The notes: generated by a model from the sequence alone, not told the origin. Positions 29,425 to 40,638 are shown, counted from the stretch's first letter. The stretch is DNA of 64,000 nucleotides from an uncultured virus (IMG/VR IMGVR_UViG_3300026484_000088) (IMGVR_UViG_3300026484_000088); one strand, 5' to 3'. Translations and numbers: made by a program.

Positions 29425-31461
29425 TTACATTAGCTGGTTATTAGATATATCGTTAGGAATATTTTCTGGAGTGTTTTTATTTATACCAACATTATTAGGT
29501 AGTTTTACTTGTCTATCTAAATTATATTTTTCTTGTAATTTCTGCATTTCTAATTGATGTTTTAGTTGTAATTCTTGTAATTTTTGTTGATAATCAATTC
29601 CATATTTCTGTTTAATAGTACCTGTATTAGTATTAGTTGCTTTAGCTTCTGCTTCTTTAGCTTTAGCTTCTTTAAGTTGTATATCAGCTTGTGCTTGTCC
29701 TTGAAGTATTTGTAATTCAAGTTGCATTTTTTGTAATTGTAATTGAGTCATTTGTTGTTGTACTGGATCAGGTTGAGGTTCATACTGTTTAATTTTTTCA
29801 GATAAATTCTTTATACCTTTTAAATCTGTCATTTCAGCTAATATAGTTTTAGTAAAATCAAATGGTAATGTTTGACCCAGAGTCTGTAATAAGAAAGCTA
29901 GTTCACTTGCTTTTATTGTTTTGGTTTGTTCTGTTTCTATATCGATAGTAATATTATCTGCATAATTAACTAAATATTCTTCTCTTGGTTCAATATACTG
30001 TAATTTAGTTATACTTTGTATTTCTTCTGGATCCATAACATCATAAATATAAATAAGCCATTTAAACATTAAAGGTTTAATTAAATTTTCGGCTATATTA
30101 TTTACAGTATCTACTTCTTTTAACATTAAACTATTCATTGATCCAGATTTAGCTGCTTGGGAACCATAAATAGCTTGAGAACCTTGTCCTCCTTGCATAG
30201 GTACAATTCCCGATAATACTTGTTTATCATAGTCTACATCTCTTAATACTTGAAATATTTCAGACGGTATTCTATTATATTGTCCTTTATAGAAAGTATT
30301 AGGACTCATATTAAATTCAAAGTGTTTTCCTTCTATAAATCTTTTAAAGTTAATTGAATCTAAATTACCTTTTTGGACCCCTACTTGTGGAGCATTGCTT
30401 TGAGCTATATTATCAAACATACCTCTTAATATACCTGTTTTAATTGTTTGATGTTCTTCTATTAATTCAGCTAAAGATTTACCCCATAAAGTATTAGGTA
30501 TTTTTATATAAGGCATAATTACATATGGTATTTTTTTGTCTGGATAAGGATTTTCTTCTAATCTAACAATAGTATCTCCTATCCAACAACATACTATAGG
30601 TTGTATTTCTCCATTTATTTCTTGATAACCCCAATATTCATACATATATACTTTTTTTCTTTCTACATCTTCAGCATTAAATGCAAGTGTAGGATTTAAC
30701 TCTTCTTTATATGGTTGTACATATACATTTTTATTTGTAGACATATTTGATATATCTTTTTTTACTTTATCCAAATTGATGTATATACCTTCTCTTTTTA
30801 ATTCATATAATCTAACTTCTCTTCTTTGTATAATATATTGAATATCATCTATATTTTTTGCAGTTGGGTCAATATAAATATCATCTATCTTTACTATTTC
30901 AGCTGTAGGTTTATTTACTATAGGTATTTCTTCTTCAACTTCTATTTCTTGGATCTGAGTAATTTGTTCAACATTAGGTAATTGTGTGTCTGTTGGTAAT
31001 TGTAAAGGCGTTTCTATTTGTTTTTTTACTTTAATTATTTTACCTTGATATTCCCAACCTGTTCTAATAATTACATTACCTTCTACACAAGCTGTATGGA
31101 TTAAATCTGTAATAAAATTAAATCTATTAAATTTTTTAGTGAAAAAATAATTTAATAAAATAGCTGATTGATGTCCAAAATATGTATCATATTCATCATG
31201 AGAAGCCTGAATACTTATTGGTTCATCATTACTTACAAATGGATATTTATATTGAGTTTTAGCCCATTCTACTTGTTTAAATACTTCTTTAGATATGAAT
31301 TTAGATAAGTCATCATCTTGTTTAATATTTACATTGCCCTCATATAGTTGTCTTGTTTTTGTTACATATTCTATCACTGTTTGGTGTGTAGCTTCTGTTT
31401 CTTCTAAATCTTTTTTAAGTTTATTTAATAATTCTGTTTGATTTATATTATTGTATTTCAT
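29425..31461 (-). CDS. Portal protein
   Basis: IYIDPTA, YEYWG, RLEENPYPDKKIPY, ELAFLLQT, PQPDP followed by a coiled coil. Confidence 0.9.
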   Translation of the reverse strand: MKYNNINQTELLNKLKKDLEETEATHQTVIEYVTKTRQLYEGNVNIKQDDDLSKFISKEVFKQVEWAKTQYKYPFVSNDEPISIQASHDEYDTYFGHQSAILLNYFFTKKFNRFNFITDLIHTACVEGNVIIRTGWEYQGKIIKVKKQIETPLQLPTDTQLPNVEQITQIQEIEVEEEIPIVNKPTAEIVKIDDIYIDPTAKNIDDIQYIIQRREVRLYELKREGIYINLDKVKKDISNMSTNKNVYVQPYKEELNPTLAFNAEDVERKKVYMYEYWGYQEINGEIQPIVCCWIGDTIVRLEENPYPDKKIPYVIMPYIKIPNTLWGKSLAELIEEHQTIKTGILRGMFDNIAQSNAPQVGVQKGNLDSINFKRFIEGKHFEFNMSPNTFYKGQYNRIPSEIFQVLRDVDYDKQVLSGIVPMQGGQGSQAIYGSQAAKSGSMNSLMLKEVDTVNNIAENLIKPLMFKWLIYIYDVMDPEEIQSITKLQYIEPREEYLVNYADNITIDIETEQTKTIKASELAFLLQTLGQTLPFDFTKTILAEMTDLKGIKNLSEKIKQYEPQPDPVQQQMTQLQLQKMQLELQILQGQAQADIQLKEAKAKEAEAKATNTNTGTIKQKYGIDYQQKLQELQLKHQLEMQKLQEKYNLDRQVKLPNNVGINKNTPENIPNDISNNQLM

Positions 31462-31475
31462 TAGTTTTATCTCCT

Positions 31476-33773
31476 TTATTTATATACTGTTTCAATAGGA
31501 TTAAATTGAGTATAGAAAATACTTCTATCTAAACCTTCCTGTAAAGCCATTGGGTTATCATACATAATAGCATATGTATGATCAAATCTATCTCGAGGAG
31601 ATAAAGTAACTGTACTATTATAAAAATCCTCTAATTGTTTTTGTAGAATTGTAACATCATTAAGTATTTGATTGTAATCATCTTGTTGGTATTTTAAACG
31701 TCTTTGTTGTTTTTTAATGTCATATTGAGTATAAAAATTGACTCCTGTATTAGCTGCATTTATATAATCTATTGCTGTAATTCCTGAAGCTAAACTAGTT
31801 TCAATACCAGCTGCCATGATTTCTGTAAATGAGTAATTAACTGAAGCATATGTAACATCATTAACAACACTTGTAAAAGATACGGTTGATGTAGTGTTAC
31901 TCATTGCATTAGTTGCTGCTGATTGTAATCCTGAACCAGTTAGTGATGTAGTTGTATTTGCACTTTGGGTAGCTAATGTAGTAGAACCAGAAACATAAGT
32001 ACTAGCTCCCCAAGAAACTACTACTGTTATAATGGCTGCAGTAGTTGGATCCATGCCAGAATCTACTAAAACAGTATATAATATAGTACCTCCAATAGCT
32101 GTAGCACATGCTACAGGACCTCCAAGAGTACAAGAAACAGCAATAACTGCTCCTTGTACAATATATTGAAATAGTTCAGTTTGATACCATTGTATTTCGA
32201 TTTCATTATATACATATATAAAGTTATAAAGTAAATCTAAATATGCGTCATGAAATTCTGATATAGGCATTGATCGTAAAGCTTCTATAGGTACTAAATA
32301 TACAGATGCATGTGGATTTAATTCAGTAGGTAAATTATTATTAGTAGTGTCTATTGCTTTGGATCCAAGAGAAGTACTACTGAAAGTATTTTCATCAGTG
32401 TCTTTATTATAATAATATAATGCATTTGGTTCATCAACTTTATCAATAGCTGTCATATAATCATACCCATTAACTGTCATATGTCTACTAGTTATAGTAT
32501 GTGATGCTGTGTAGTCTACACTCCAATAATAATTAAAATTAATTCCATTTTTTTCAATAGTTACATTACTTCTATTCTTATCATTACCATATACAAAAGT
32601 ATTCCATGCTTTTAAAGTTTTATATCTTGAAGGATTGTATGATGTAGAATAAGCTAAAGCTTGATCTAACACACTTTCATCATCTAAAGCTTTTGGTATT
32701 ACTAATCCATTATCTTTTAACCATTTAGTGGTGTATTCATCTTTATATTTGATTTTTTTACCATCCTGTTTTAGGGGTACTATAAAAAAGTTTAAATGTT
32801 CATATTTATGTAAGATTTCTTCTTGATAAAATATAAGAGTATTTCCTTTAGGATATTTTTCTGAAGTATAATATACTACAATTAAATTACTATTATCTGT
32901 AGGTATGTCAATATCAATAGTATCTGAAGAATCATTAATATTTTCTAAAGTAACTATATTTACATTATTATCTTCATCATATGTACATTTAACTTTCCCA
33001 TTTTCAATAACAGGAACATATTTAGTATCATCTATTTCATATGTATTAAATATTATTTCTACTGTTGTATTTATAAAATAAGTATAAAAAGTACTTACTT
33101 GTTTTTCATGTGTAATTGAATAATTTTCATTTAGGTATTGTTGTATTTTATAATCTAAATTATCTATGGTTTGTAATGTAGCATCATTTATAGTTGGATC
33201 TTTATAAGCACCTGTATATAACCATTTATATTCACATGGACCTAAACAATTATCAGTTTCAGTCCATTGAATAGGTTGAGGATAAGTATTAATATCTCGA
33301 TAATCATCAACTAATTTATATTTAACTTTTTCTGTTATATAGTCATCATAATACCTATTATGATAAGTTTTTAATAAATATATATAATATTGTCTTTTGG
33401 TTTGATATTTTATATTTATATTAGTGTCTTTAGTTTTGTTTGCTATATATAATTGAACCAGAGGTAACGAGATTACAGAAGCTTTACCTTCATACAGTTT
33501 TAAGAATCCAAATTTAGAATAAGTTTTTATATTTGTTTTAGTTGCTTTATCCATTATTAATTTACGCATAGTCATTAAATTAGATTGTGTCTGGTTTTTA
33601 TAAAATACTAATTTTTGTCTAAATGCATTTAAATTAGATGGATATACTTTTTCTACTTTTACATCTCTATATACTTTTTTTTTAGGAGGAAAAATAACTC
33701 CTACAACATCACCTAAAAAATACCATGCATCCACTATAGCATCATTAATTGTTTTAGTTATTCCACCACCCAT
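31476..33773 (-). CDS. Virion structural protein (N4 gp53-like, C-terminal hydrophobic segments)
   Basis: QWYQTELF followed by hydrophobic helices and a coiled coil. Confidence 0.6.
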   Translation of the reverse strand: MGGGITKTINDAIVDAWYFLGDVVGVIFPPKKKVYRDVKVEKVYPSNLNAFRQKLVFYKNQTQSNLMTMRKLIMDKATKTNIKTYSKFGFLKLYEGKASVISLPLVQLYIANKTKDTNINIKYQTKRQYYIYLLKTYHNRYYDDYITEKVKYKLVDDYRDINTYPQPIQWTETDNCLGPCEYKWLYTGAYKDPTINDATLQTIDNLDYKIQQYLNENYSITHEKQVSTFYTYFINTTVEIIFNTYEIDDTKYVPVIENGKVKCTYDEDNNVNIVTLENINDSSDTIDIDIPTDNSNLIVVYYTSEKYPKGNTLIFYQEEILHKYEHLNFFIVPLKQDGKKIKYKDEYTTKWLKDNGLVIPKALDDESVLDQALAYSTSYNPSRYKTLKAWNTFVYGNDKNRSNVTIEKNGINFNYYWSVDYTASHTITSRHMTVNGYDYMTAIDKVDEPNALYYYNKDTDENTFSSTSLGSKAIDTTNNNLPTELNPHASVYLVPIEALRSMPISEFHDAYLDLLYNFIYVYNEIEIQWYQTELFQYIVQGAVIAVSCTLGGPVACATAIGGTILYTVLVDSGMDPTTAAIITVVVSWGASTYVSGSTTLATQSANTTTSLTGSGLQSAATNAMSNTTSTVSFTSVVNDVTYASVNYSFTEIMAAGIETSLASGITAIDYINAANTGVNFYTQYDIKKQQRRLKYQQDDYNQILNDVTILQKQLEDFYNSTVTLSPRDRFDHTYAIMYDNPMALQEGLDRSIFYTQFNPIETVYK

Positions 33774-33775
33774 AT

Positions 33776-34282
33776 TTATAAACCTTTATTATTAGATAAA
33801 TACCAAACAGTAGTATTTAATTGTTTTAATATTTTAAAAGGTTTAAATCCTATTAATTTATTAAATTTAACAGCTTCTTTATACCAATCTCGTGTAGTAA
33901 CAAATAATACTTCTCTACATTCTAAAGTATCTTTAGCTAATTGTTTAATGGTTTTTACAAATGGAATACTATTTTTAGGAGTAAGATCTTTAGTTACAAA
34001 GTAATGTAAATTATTATTAATATCTAATGTTATAGTACATACTATTTTATCTTTATCATAAATTAAATAATGATTAGCCCATCTATTCATAGCATTCTTT
34101 AAAGCTTGAATTACATATCCAGAATCATTAGTTAATTTATGTTTATTATTCATTCTATCTGTATGAGAAAAAAATGAACCAGAAATAATTTCTTTGGCTT
34201 CTAATTCATCTTTTTCTTTATATGTTAATTGATTACATACTTGTAAAAAGTGTTTAGTGTTTTTAGTATGAACTACTCTCAT
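33776..34282 (-). CDS. Putative GNAT-fold protein (T7 gp13-like)
   Basis: AVKFNKLIGFK GNAT-like motif; position among virion genes. Confidence 0.45.
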   Translation of the reverse strand: MRVVHTKNTKHFLQVCNQLTYKEKDELEAKEIISGSFFSHTDRMNNKHKLTNDSGYVIQALKNAMNRWANHYLIYDKDKIVCTITLDINNNLHYFVTKDLTPKNSIPFVKTIKQLAKDTLECREVLFVTTRDWYKEAVKFNKLIGFKPFKILKQLNTTVWYLSNNKGL

Positions 34283-34710
34283 TATCTTAACTTATTTTTT
34301 ATATCATTATATAATGTACTTGTTTCATCATTTGTAATAATATCAGGTTTTTTATCTAACATTCCTGATGAAAACATCATACCCCAAGTATCCATTTGAG
34401 TTTTAAATAAATCAGTTCTAATTTTATCATCAAATCCTTGTATTTGTCTATCTTTTAATTCTAAATCTTTTTCAATTTGTTGCATTTGTTTATTCTTTAA
34501 TTCTACATTTTTTTCAAGTTCTTGTGCTTGTTTATCTTTTAAAGGCACATCTACACATACTTGAATAATTGTACTTAAAAGTGCTGCATATGCATTTGCA
34601 TAATCAGTACCTTTAATTCTTCCTTTAGTAAATTGAGAATCTAATTCATTGATTACTTTAGTAGATAAAGTATCAAACATATTTGTAACTTGTCCTATAT
34701 CATAAGCCAT
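34282..34710 (-). CDS. Virion structural protein (N4 gp54-like)
   Basis: QFTKGRIKGTDYANAY; QIQGFD..QMDTW. Confidence 0.65.
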   Translation of the reverse strand: MAYDIGQVTNMFDTLSTKVINELDSQFTKGRIKGTDYANAYAALLSTIIQVCVDVPLKDKQAQELEKNVELKNKQMQQIEKDLELKDRQIQGFDDKIRTDLFKTQMDTWGMMFSSGMLDKKPDIITNDETSTLYNDIKNKLR

Positions 34711-34729
34711 TATATCTCCTTTTTATATT

Positions 34730-35581
34730 TTATAATGTAATTAAAATATTAGATTGATGTTCTAAAGTATTTAAACTTAATTTATCACCAAATGTTTTAA
34801 TATGGCATAAACTATATTCAATAGATTGATTTAATTCTGGCATAGTTATAACACTATTTATTTTATCAGATGAATATTTAGCATTATCATCATCAGTATC
34901 TAAAGAAAAATCAAAGTCAAATAATCTATTACCTTCTTGGTCTTTTTCAACTGATTTATACTCAATAATTAATTTATTATTATCTGTATCTTCTTCAAAT
35001 GTAGTCATTAAAGTTACAGTATCAAATGAATAATTATATGATATAAATGTTTTATCACTTGAAGTTAATGAAGTAATAGTTGTATTACCATCATCATCTT
35101 GATCATATTGTAAGGCTTCTGCCCAAACATACATACCATATTGATAATTATGTATTGTGTATAAAGCTCTTATTCCAATAGTTTTAAATTTATATGAGCT
35201 TTCTACATCATATTTGATTCCAAGTATTAACATACCGTTTGAATCTATTTTACTATATAAAGCTTTATATAAAGGGGAAACATAAATGATAGAAATTCTA
35301 CTATCATTATTTTTAGCAATTTCATTAATAACTTGATATTCAACTTGGTTTTTAATTAAAGGTATAGTATATTTATTCTGTTTATATATTATAGTTTTAT
35401 AAGCTAAAATATTATTATTATCTGTTGTTACAAAATCATCATCAAGATCTTGCATAACTATACCTGTTTGCTCATTATTATACACATAAGGGAATGAACC
35501 ATCTCTTTCATAAGAACCAAAAGCTATAATATTGGGATGTAATTCGTATACCTTTGGTTCATAATTTGGTTTTAAACTCAT
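34730..35581 (-). CDS. Putative tail-associated protein
   Basis: 283-aa beta-rich ORF in the tail cluster. Confidence 0.5.
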   Translation of the reverse strand: MSLKPNYEPKVYELHPNIIAFGSYERDGSFPYVYNNEQTGIVMQDLDDDFVTTDNNNILAYKTIIYKQNKYTIPLIKNQVEYQVINEIAKNNDSRISIIYVSPLYKALYSKIDSNGMLILGIKYDVESSYKFKTIGIRALYTIHNYQYGMYVWAEALQYDQDDDGNTTITSLTSSDKTFISYNYSFDTVTLMTTFEEDTDNNKLIIEYKSVEKDQEGNRLFDFDFSLDTDDDNAKYSSDKINSVITMPELNQSIEYSLCHIKTFGDKLSLNTLEHQSNILITL

Positions 35582-35598
35582 TGTTTTTCCTTTAAGTA

Positions 35599-36492
35599 TT
35601 AATTATTTTTATTGAATAATTTATTTAATATTCTAACAAAAATATTAGGTTTTTTATAATTTATAATTGTTTTAACTGATTCATTTATATTTTTTAAATT
35701 AATAATTTCATTAAATTCTTCATCAGATATTTTTTTATTTAAGGTTTTTAAAATATCTATTTTATACTCAATAAGCTCTAAATCTTGTAAAGTCTTTGCT
35801 TCTTTTATCATATTTTCAAACACAATCCTAAATTCTTCTAATTTTTGTGAGAAGTAATATATAGTATCTAACCATTCAGTATGTTTTTCTATGATAATTT
35901 TCTTAAATTCTTCAATACTTAAACCCCTTTTATTTGCTTCACCTTTTAATAATTCATCTCGATTATTTATCGCTAATTCATATTTATTTTTATATCTCTC
36001 CTCATCTTCTATCCCAATTTCACGACCTGCGATAAAGTTTTTTACATCTTTAAGTTTTCTATTACTTAAATATTGTATTTTATTATAAATTTCTTTTGTT
36101 CTTTTTCTCATTATTATCTCATCTGGCTCCTTATATTCTATAAATTTATTTAATTTATTATTATATTGATATTTCTGTCCTAATTGATATTTTTTAAATA
36201 ATTCATAAGGAAATTTAATAACACCTCTAGGTATTTTACAATCAGGATTATTTATAAATTTAGCTCTATAATAAGTATAATCTGTAGAAGTAGTCTTATC
36301 ATTTAATTGAATTGTTTTATTTTTATCAACCGAAGTAGTATAATAATACTTATCTGGTTCTAAACCAAAAAGAGATTTATCTATCTCTTCTTTCGTTGAT
36401 TTATCTACTATTTTAAAACTTCCATGTGTTTCTTCTGTAAACCAATCTTTAACTAAATTATTCTTATCTAATGTTACATATATTGTTTTCAT
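35599..36492 (-). CDS. Putative tail fiber assembly protein
   Basis: Follows the fiber gene; ERYKNKYELA..LLKGEANKRGLS chaperone-like pattern. Confidence 0.5.
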   Translation of the reverse strand: MKTIYVTLDKNNLVKDWFTEETHGSFKIVDKSTKEEIDKSLFGLEPDKYYYTTSVDKNKTIQLNDKTTSTDYTYYRAKFINNPDCKIPRGVIKFPYELFKKYQLGQKYQYNNKLNKFIEYKEPDEIIMRKRTKEIYNKIQYLSNRKLKDVKNFIAGREIGIEDEERYKNKYELAINNRDELLKGEANKRGLSIEEFKKIIIEKHTEWLDTIYYFSQKLEEFRIVFENMIKEAKTLQDLELIEYKIDILKTLNKKISDEEFNEIINLKNINESVKTIINYKKPNIFVRILNKLFNKNN

Positions 36493-36501
36493 TTATATCC
36501 T

Positions 36502-38811
36502 TTAAGCTAAAATTTCAATAATTAAACTTGCATAATTATTTCCACCATGATCTTTTTTATCATTATCAGATTTAAAATATATATCTATTTTATCTCCTTT
36601 ATCACAATCAATAATAATACTTCTAAATGAAGTTGGAGAATAATTATCTTTATCAGCACCTATTGCTCTTACATGTGCCCCATGTATTTTATCTCCATTT
36701 TTTCTTACATAATATCTATACACATCAGCATCTGAACTACCAATAAAATTCCCCCAAGTTACTTTATAATATCCATCTCTTGGACAAGTGAATTCATAGT
36801 TATCAGTATCCCAAGCACCATGACTATCAGCATCTTTTTTATTAAATGGATATTTAGCATCTGATGCAATATCAGATTTATCTGTATAAACAGAACAGAA
36901 TATTCTATTTCTATTAGTATGAACTAGAGAACCTCTTTGATACATCTCTTTATCATCTACAATCTTCAACCATTCTCTATTACTATCTTCTGGTTCTCTA
37001 ATAAGAAAATGTTCCCCCTCTGCATGAACAGCTACATTAACTCCACTATCAGTATCATTCATAAATTGAATACCTTTACTTTCACGGAAATACAAATCTC
37101 TACCCATAAACATACCTGATTGTTTAGCAGACATATTTACTCTAACTTTTTCAGTCATATCATCGTAATTATCTACATCTCCTGGGTCTGTATCATCAGG
37201 GATAAAGTTTTTTATTTTCCATCCATCTTCAAGTGGATTATGACCTAAATAATGAACTGTTAAATCATTCTCGTCTTGGGCTATGTTTACCTGAACTACT
37301 GCCCCATCATAAGTATCTTTTTCTTTAATCCTTATTTTATTTATTACTTGATTTGAATAATATGCTTGTTGAAATATTGTTATATTATTAGAATTATCTG
37401 AACCATACATATGAGTAACTTGAAAATCAATAACTTGATGATGACTTGATTTAGTATCTAAAATCATAAATCTTGCCATACCCCTACCTTTGTTTTTTCC
37501 AAAAGTAGCAACAGTATACCATCCAGTATCTAAATCAGTATCGGCTTTTATTTTAGTGTCGGAACCGTGTAATTTATCAAATTTATAAGATGTCGTAGAT
37601 ATATGAAAAGAATTTTCGGGACTACCTAATTCTACATAACTACCAGTAAATTTAACCCTTGATAAAATATTTCCGTCTTTATCTTGATTTTCTAATCTAC
37701 AATCAGTAGAAGCATTAGTCTTAGTGAATACTGCTTTACCACCATCATCTCCTGCTCCAAAAATCATATCATTACTATTTATTTCTGTATAGTAATCACT
37801 ACCAGCATTTACTGTTAATTTATTATCTTTTATTTTAACAGCATTAGAAAAATCTGTTGAACCAGTCCCTATGGCAATTTGACTTTTAACATTGTCATCA
37901 TTATCCCTAATTTCAATAACACCTGTTGCTTCATCTCCATCATATTTATTAAATGCCATATAATGGCTTTTTGTATGTAGTCGTATTTGATTATCAGACA
38001 TAATCGTATGGTTTTCACTACTTGGGTCTATTTGTATATCTGCATTTACAACTACATCTTTGCTAAAAGTAGTATTTTCATCTCCAAGTGTAATAACATT
38101 TATTACATTATTGTCGTTATCTCTAATTACTAATTCTCCTCTTTTATCATCATCTCCATCATATTTGTTAATACTAAAATAATAATTCTTACAATGCATA
38201 TCAACTTGATTTCTATTGATATTTACATATTTATCGCTATCTCCTGCATTGATAGTTAAATCTTTATCAATACTTGCTGATTTCCCTACTTTTAATTTAT
38301 TACCAGTTTTTATTTGGTCATCTTCTAAAATAAGTCTTGATAATAAATTATCATCTTTGTTATATAAATCTAATGTTACAACAGCATTGGTATCATCTTG
38401 GTTAATTCTAAAATAATAATCTTTAGCATTTAAGTAAAACATATTATTTTCAATCTTTGCTTTATTATCTCCCTCACCAAAAATAGTTTTACTTGTTTTT
38501 AATGTAGTATCATTTTCGTGTAACACAACACTATTTAAAAGATTACTATCTTTATCCTTTAAGGATACTTCAAGAACTTTGTCATCATTTATTTGGTTTA
38601 TATAACTATAATCTCCATTTTTATTAATAAGTCTTATTTCATTTTCTTTTATCTTTGTATAATTATCTTCATCAATATTAATACTTAATTCACCTTCAAT
38701 ATTTATATCTTTTTTAGCTGTAAAGATATCATCTACTTGTAGAGCATTAGTAAGTTCTATATTATCTAAATCATTTAATTGTTGTTCTTTTAAATCACTT
38801 AATTTAACCAT
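36502..38811 (-). CDS. Tail fiber / receptor-binding protein with C1q-like C-terminal domain
   Basis: Repeated beta-strand units; C-terminal WDTDNYEFTCPRDGYY..DCDKGDKI. Confidence 0.7.
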   Translation of the reverse strand: MVKLSDLKEQQLNDLDNIELTNALQVDDIFTAKKDINIEGELSINIDEDNYTKIKENEIRLINKNGDYSYINQINDDKVLEVSLKDKDSNLLNSVVLHENDTTLKTSKTIFGEGDNKAKIENNMFYLNAKDYYFRINQDDTNAVVTLDLYNKDDNLLSRLILEDDQIKTGNKLKVGKSASIDKDLTINAGDSDKYVNINRNQVDMHCKNYYFSINKYDGDDDKRGELVIRDNDNNVINVITLGDENTTFSKDVVVNADIQIDPSSENHTIMSDNQIRLHTKSHYMAFNKYDGDEATGVIEIRDNDDNVKSQIAIGTGSTDFSNAVKIKDNKLTVNAGSDYYTEINSNDMIFGAGDDGGKAVFTKTNASTDCRLENQDKDGNILSRVKFTGSYVELGSPENSFHISTTSYKFDKLHGSDTKIKADTDLDTGWYTVATFGKNKGRGMARFMILDTKSSHHQVIDFQVTHMYGSDNSNNITIFQQAYYSNQVINKIRIKEKDTYDGAVVQVNIAQDENDLTVHYLGHNPLEDGWKIKNFIPDDTDPGDVDNYDDMTEKVRVNMSAKQSGMFMGRDLYFRESKGIQFMNDTDSGVNVAVHAEGEHFLIREPEDSNREWLKIVDDKEMYQRGSLVHTNRNRIFCSVYTDKSDIASDAKYPFNKKDADSHGAWDTDNYEFTCPRDGYYKVTWGNFIGSSDADVYRYYVRKNGDKIHGAHVRAIGADKDNYSPTSFRSIIIDCDKGDKIDIYFKSDNDKKDHGGNNYASLIIEILA

Positions 38812-39289
38812 TTATAATCCTCCAATCATTATTTCTATAAAATAATGTAATATTAGCATTTTTTACATCTAATTCTATACCTTCGTCATCTTCCATAATA
38901 GTATCTTCATCAGCTGATTTAACTATACAACTTTTTTCATTAAAATTACCTACATAATCAATAATTCTAATTTTAGCTAAATCTTCTTTTGGATGATCCA
39001 GAGTTACATTAACAGTTTTATCTTTATCTTTTGTATCAACTAATAAAGTTTGACCATTATAAGCTGTTATATCATCATTTACATAAACATATCTACTATT
39101 TGTCCAGTTAATTAAATTTTCTATTACGTTATCTTTTATAATTTCTTTATAATTATTTTTACCTAAATGTTTATATAAAATACCAAATTTACTATCTAAA
39201 TATATTGCTCCTACTGGTAGTGTAAACGTTGCATTTACAGGTGATGCAGCGCCTATATAAAAATTAGCTCCTAACCTTTCAATAGCCAT
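38804..39289 (-). CDS. Tail fiber-associated protein
   Basis: VDT..VTL..IIDYVGNF..LFY..W repeat unit typical of fibers. Confidence 0.55.
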   Translation of the reverse strand: MAIERLGANFYIGAASPVNATFTLPVGAIYLDSKFGILYKHLGKNNYKEIIKDNVIENLINWTNSRYVYVNDDITAYNGQTLLVDTKDKDKTVNVTLDHPKEDLAKIRIIDYVGNFNEKSCIVKSADEDTIMEDDEGIELDVKNANITLFYRNNDWRIING

Positions 39290-39292
39290 TTT

Positions 39293-39700
39293 TTATCCTT
39301 TAAAAGTAATTAATTTATCTTCATTTCTAACATCAATATGTAACCAAGAAACATTTAATTCTATACCTTTAACGTATTTATATACATCTTGACTATCTAT
39401 AATATGTTGTCTAACTTCTTCTACATCATATTTAGTAAATAGACAATCTACAGCTCTACCAAAACTATGCTGACTAGTTTCTCTATAATAAGGTGAATCA
39501 GGAGTTCTTAATCCTGACCAGTTCCTATTTCCATTCCAATGATAATTATTTATAGTGATTGAACCAGAAGGAAAATCTTCTTTTAATAGGTCAATCATTT
39601 TTATTAACCTTGGATCCATAAATTTCCATGCTTTTTCTTTGTATTTATTAAAGATATGTTTTGGCACTAATTCATATATTTTAAAATATTTACTTTTCAT
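39293..39700 (-). CDS. Endolysin, peptidase M15 family
   Basis: SGLR, SQHSFGRAVD, WLHID zinc ligands. Confidence 0.85.
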   Translation of the reverse strand: MKSKYFKIYELVPKHIFNKYKEKAWKFMDPRLIKMIDLLKEDFPSGSITINNYHWNGNRNWSGLRTPDSPYYRETSQHSFGRAVDCLFTKYDVEEVRQHIIDSQDVYKYVKGIELNVSWLHIDVRNEDKLITFKG

Positions 39701-39703
39701 AAT

Positions 39704-40177
39704 TTAATCCTTTTTATTACTTAAAACTTCTATTACTTTTTGTTGAAATTTCCTATCTTCATCTACATGCTTATTTAAGCCTTTTACAATATCCGAAATA
39801 GAACCTTTTATTTCATTTCTAAATTCTTTTAAATCAGTATATAACATTTCTTGATTTTTAATTACATTATCTACAATAGGCTGCATAGTTTCTTTTCTAC
39901 AATAAATAGTTTCAGCTTCTGCTTTTTTAAGATAATCATAAAGCATTTTTTCAAGCTCTTCTATTCTAATTGCTTTATTACCTAATCTCTGTTTTATTTC
40001 TTTAATTTCAGTCTGAGTGTTTGTTTCAAATTCTCTTAATTTTTCAAATCCATTATCTATATCTTTTCGAGTATTTATATTACTTTTAACGACTCCTAAA
40101 TAACTTGCTAATCCTGAACCAAGAACAGTAAGTCCTAAACCTATTAAAGCTGACCATTCCATAACACCCCAATTCAT
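39704..40177 (-). CDS. Membrane-anchored coiled-coil protein (lysis cassette)
   Basis: N-terminal TM helix then coiled coil. Confidence 0.5.
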   Translation of the reverse strand: MNWGVMEWSALIGLGLTVLGSGLASYLGVVKSNINTRKDIDNGFEKLREFETNTQTEIKEIKQRLGNKAIRIEELEKMLYDYLKKAEAETIYCRKETMQPIVDNVIKNQEMLYTDLKEFRNEIKGSISDIVKGLNKHVDEDRKFQQKVIEVLSNKKD

Positions 40178-40638
40178 TTCATCTCCTTTAATATATAATA
40201 TAATTTATTAGGACTTATTTTACTTGGTTCTAAAATAAATAATTTTTTACACCCACTTATCTTTAATAGATTACTTACCCATTCACTACAAAACCATTTA
40301 TTTGTTTTATCTTTTATAGGTAAAATAAATCCTAATATACCTAAGAAGTCATATTTATCATTCTTAGTTTGTTCATAAAACTCTTTTATATGTTTTGGTT
40401 CTATATCTATAGATATATATTCCCATTGATCTGTATTATAAGTATGTTTTTTAATTCTTACACCACCATCTCTACCAGATGAAGAAATCATAATATTATG
40501 ATTTATTAATAATTCCACGTGACTATAATTACCTTTAGTCCACCAAGCTATTAATTTATCATCTATTTCTGCATAATCAGTATTAGCTTTATAAAAAGCT
40601 ATACTAATAGTATGTATTTTATCAGGAAAACTAATCAT
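40174..40638 (-). CDS. Permuted NlpC/P60 papain-like amidase
   Basis: YSHVEL ... KYDFLG ... WFCSEWV ... SPNKL. Confidence 0.75.
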   Translation of the reverse strand: MISFPDKIHTISIAFYKANTDYAEIDDKLIAWWTKGNYSHVELLINHNIMISSSGRDGGVRIKKHTYNTDQWEYISIDIEPKHIKEFYEQTKNDKYDFLGILGFILPIKDKTNKWFCSEWVSNLLKISGCKKLFILEPSKISPNKLYYILKEMK

